NCBI GenBank assembly: GCA_963780535.1
Contig: CAWACS010000043.1
Span: 17,613 to 81,612 of the forward strand
Source: an uncultured Verrucomicrobiae bacterium
GTDB taxonomy: Bacteria; Verrucomicrobiota; Verrucomicrobiia; Limisphaerales; UBA11358
Length of the DNA: 64,000 nt
Reading direction: 5' to 3'
Below are positions 62,733 to 64,000 of this stretch, piece after piece. Position numbers and translations under genes: made by a program. Each line of letters starts with the position of its first letter. Positions within the stretch are counted from its first letter, which is position 1. Under the pieces are notes generated by a model. That model searched no databases, was not told where the DNA came from, and saw only the letters and a program-made list of their open reading frames with translations.

Positions 62733-64000
62733 GCCGCGCATCACGCATTGGTGGAACGACCATTCCCTGCGACGTGCTGGTCATTGGTGGCGGTGCGGCG
62801 GGGGTGGCCGCGGCAGTGGCCGCCGGGCGCGCCGGCACGCAGGTGGTGCTGTTGGAGCGATACGGATTTCTGGGCGGGCTGGCCACCACCGCACAGGTCG
62901 GCACCATCTGCGGACTCTATCTGCGGAACACCACGGACGCGAAAGCCATACCGGTGGGCGGCGGATTTGCACAGGAATTTGCCGCGCGGTTGCAACGCGC
63001 CATCGATGTCAAACCCCTGCGGGTGGACACCGGTCTTTGGGTGCTGCCCTATTCCCCACCTGCTTTCGCCCGGGTGGCCGATGCGATGGTCAGTGAGGCT
63101 GGAAACATCACCGTCGTGCTGCACGCCACCTTGGCCGAAGCGCAGGCTGAGGCCGCCCGCTTGAATCAGGTCCGCGCCCTGGCCTGGAATGAGCCGCTGC
63201 GGTTGTGTCCGAAAACCGTGGTGGATTGCACCGGGGAAGCGACCGTCGCCGCCCTGGCCGGCGCCAACGCGGAAAATGGCGCCGCCGACCAGGCGCCCGC
63301 CCTGGTTTTTGTTCTGGAAAACGTTGATCCCAATCTGGCCATCCGCGGTCTGCTCGAAGTGCGCCGCGAACTGCGTCGGGCCGTTGAAAGTGGAGTCCTG
63401 CCCGCGCTCTGTGAACGATTGTCGCTGGTGCCCGGCACCGGCGCGAACGGCCGCCTTGCGCTCAAACTCAGCCTGCTTCCGGCAAACCCCGACCGCGCGC
63501 CCTGGCAACAGGTCACGGATTGGGAACGCGAAGCCCGTGCGCTGCTGGAGCCGCTCCGGCGATTCCTGGTCGAAAACATCGCTGCCTGCCGCAACGCGCG
63601 CCTCGATTCCGTTGCTCCGCAGCTGGGCGTCCGCTCCGGCCGCCGCATATTGGGACGCGCCCGACTGACGGACCAAGATGTGTTGGGCGCGCGAAAATCT
63701 CCGGTCGGGATTGCCCGTGGCTGCTGGCCGATGGAACGTTGGACGAACAGTCCGAGGCCGGAAATGACTTATTTTGCCGAGCGCGATTATTACGACATTC
63801 CTCTCGACTGCCTCCGTCCGGTGGAACTGGACAACGTGTTGGTGGCCGGGCGCTGCCTTTCGGCGGAGACCGGCGCCATGACCTCGGCCCGGGTCATCGG
63901 CACGGCCCTGGCGACGGGTTGGGCGGCGGGAACCGCGGCCGCTTTTCAGGCTTCAGGCCGGACACTCGATGACGCGGTGGCGCGGATTCGGAAGCAGATG
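62729..64000 (+). CDS. FAD-dependent oxidoreductase (FAD_oxidored/GIDA-like), 3' end outside the window
   Basis: GTG 62729 overlaps the previous stop (GTGA). DVLVIGGGAAGVAAAVAAGRAGTQVVLLERYGFLGG dinucleotide fold, and later GRCLSAETGAMTSARVIGTALATG. The frame is open to base 64000. It is absent from the ORF track because it is open-ended. The 311-aa minus-strand ORF here is a shadow. Confidence 0.75.
   Translation, partial: MSRASRIGGTTIPCDVLVIGGGAAGVAAAVAAGRAGTQVVLLERYGFLGGLATTAQVGTICGLYLRNTTDAKAIPVGGGFAQEFAARLQRAIDVKPLRVDTGLWVLPYSPPAFARVADAMVSEAGNITVVLHATLAEAQAEAARLNQVRALAWNEPLRLCPKTVVDCTGEATVAALAGANAENGAADQAPALVFVLENVDPNLAIRGLLEVRRELRRAVESGVLPALCERLSLVPGTGANGRLALKLSLLPANPDRAPWQQVTDWEREARALLEPLRRFLVENIAACRNARLDSVAPQLGVRSGRRILGRARLTDQDVLGARKSPVGIARGCWPMERWTNSPRPEMTYFAERDYYDIPLDCLRPVELDNVLVAGRCLSAETGAMTSARVIGTALATGWAAGTAAAFQASGRTLDDAVARIRKQM

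Noticed and set aside
62741-63676. 311-aa minus-strand ORF at the right end of the window.
   Set aside because: The plus strand (frame of GTG 62729) encodes an obvious FAD-binding protein (DVLVIGGGAAGVAAA...) that stays open to base 64000. The minus ORF is its shadow.

Overview
GC-rich bacterial chromosomal segment (about 60% GC by eye, not computed). It is most likely from the PVC superphylum, Verrucomicrobiota-like. This placement is inferred from a prepilin-type protein (G|FTLIELLVV...FMDGH), the glycoside-hydrolase content and the style of GC-rich palindromic repeats. I support about 50 protein-coding genes. I recognised no rRNA, tRNA, CRISPR array, transposase or integrase.

Housekeeping genes: holB, rpoD, waaA, mfd, recF, trpS, hemB, a ppiD-like chaperone, RluA-family pseudouridine synthases, RlmI-like methyltransferases, argF/argD/argB and copA.

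Carbohydrate genes: a GH2 enzyme, a nagB-MFS-GH20 operon and a frameshifted GH74-like BNR protein.

Accessory content:
- An AT-richer co-directional operon at about 5.9-12.75 kb. It encodes an anchored unknown protein, a secreted 6-Cys mini-protein, a MauE/DoxX-like membrane protein, a Wzy_C (O-antigen-ligase/PglL-type) protein in one ORF with a pilin-like protein, a membrane-anchored propeller/hydrolase, and a double zinc-ribbon membrane protein.
- A lone PD-(D/E)XK nuclease on an AT-rich islet at 51.3-52.3 kb.
- A specialised-lipid cluster from 52.5 kb to the window end. It encodes an MMPL exporter, an LpxL-type acyltransferase, a LolA-like carrier, a hot-dog dehydratase, an unknown protein, an ACP, an HxxxD condensation-like enzyme, a B12-radical SAM enzyme and an FAD oxidoreductase. 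I consider this the best candidate for an undescribed system.

The most unusual non-genic structure is repeat content. There are at least six families of short palindromic repeats and more than ten arrays of 7-nt tandem repeats. Many sit in frame inside conserved genes (mfd, recF, argD, copA, the MMPL exporter, an rRNA methyltransferase). Two of them erase gene boundaries.

Many long ORFs in the supplied track are antisense shadows or repeat-derived N-terminal extensions. All family assignments come from motifs read by eye; no database search was run.
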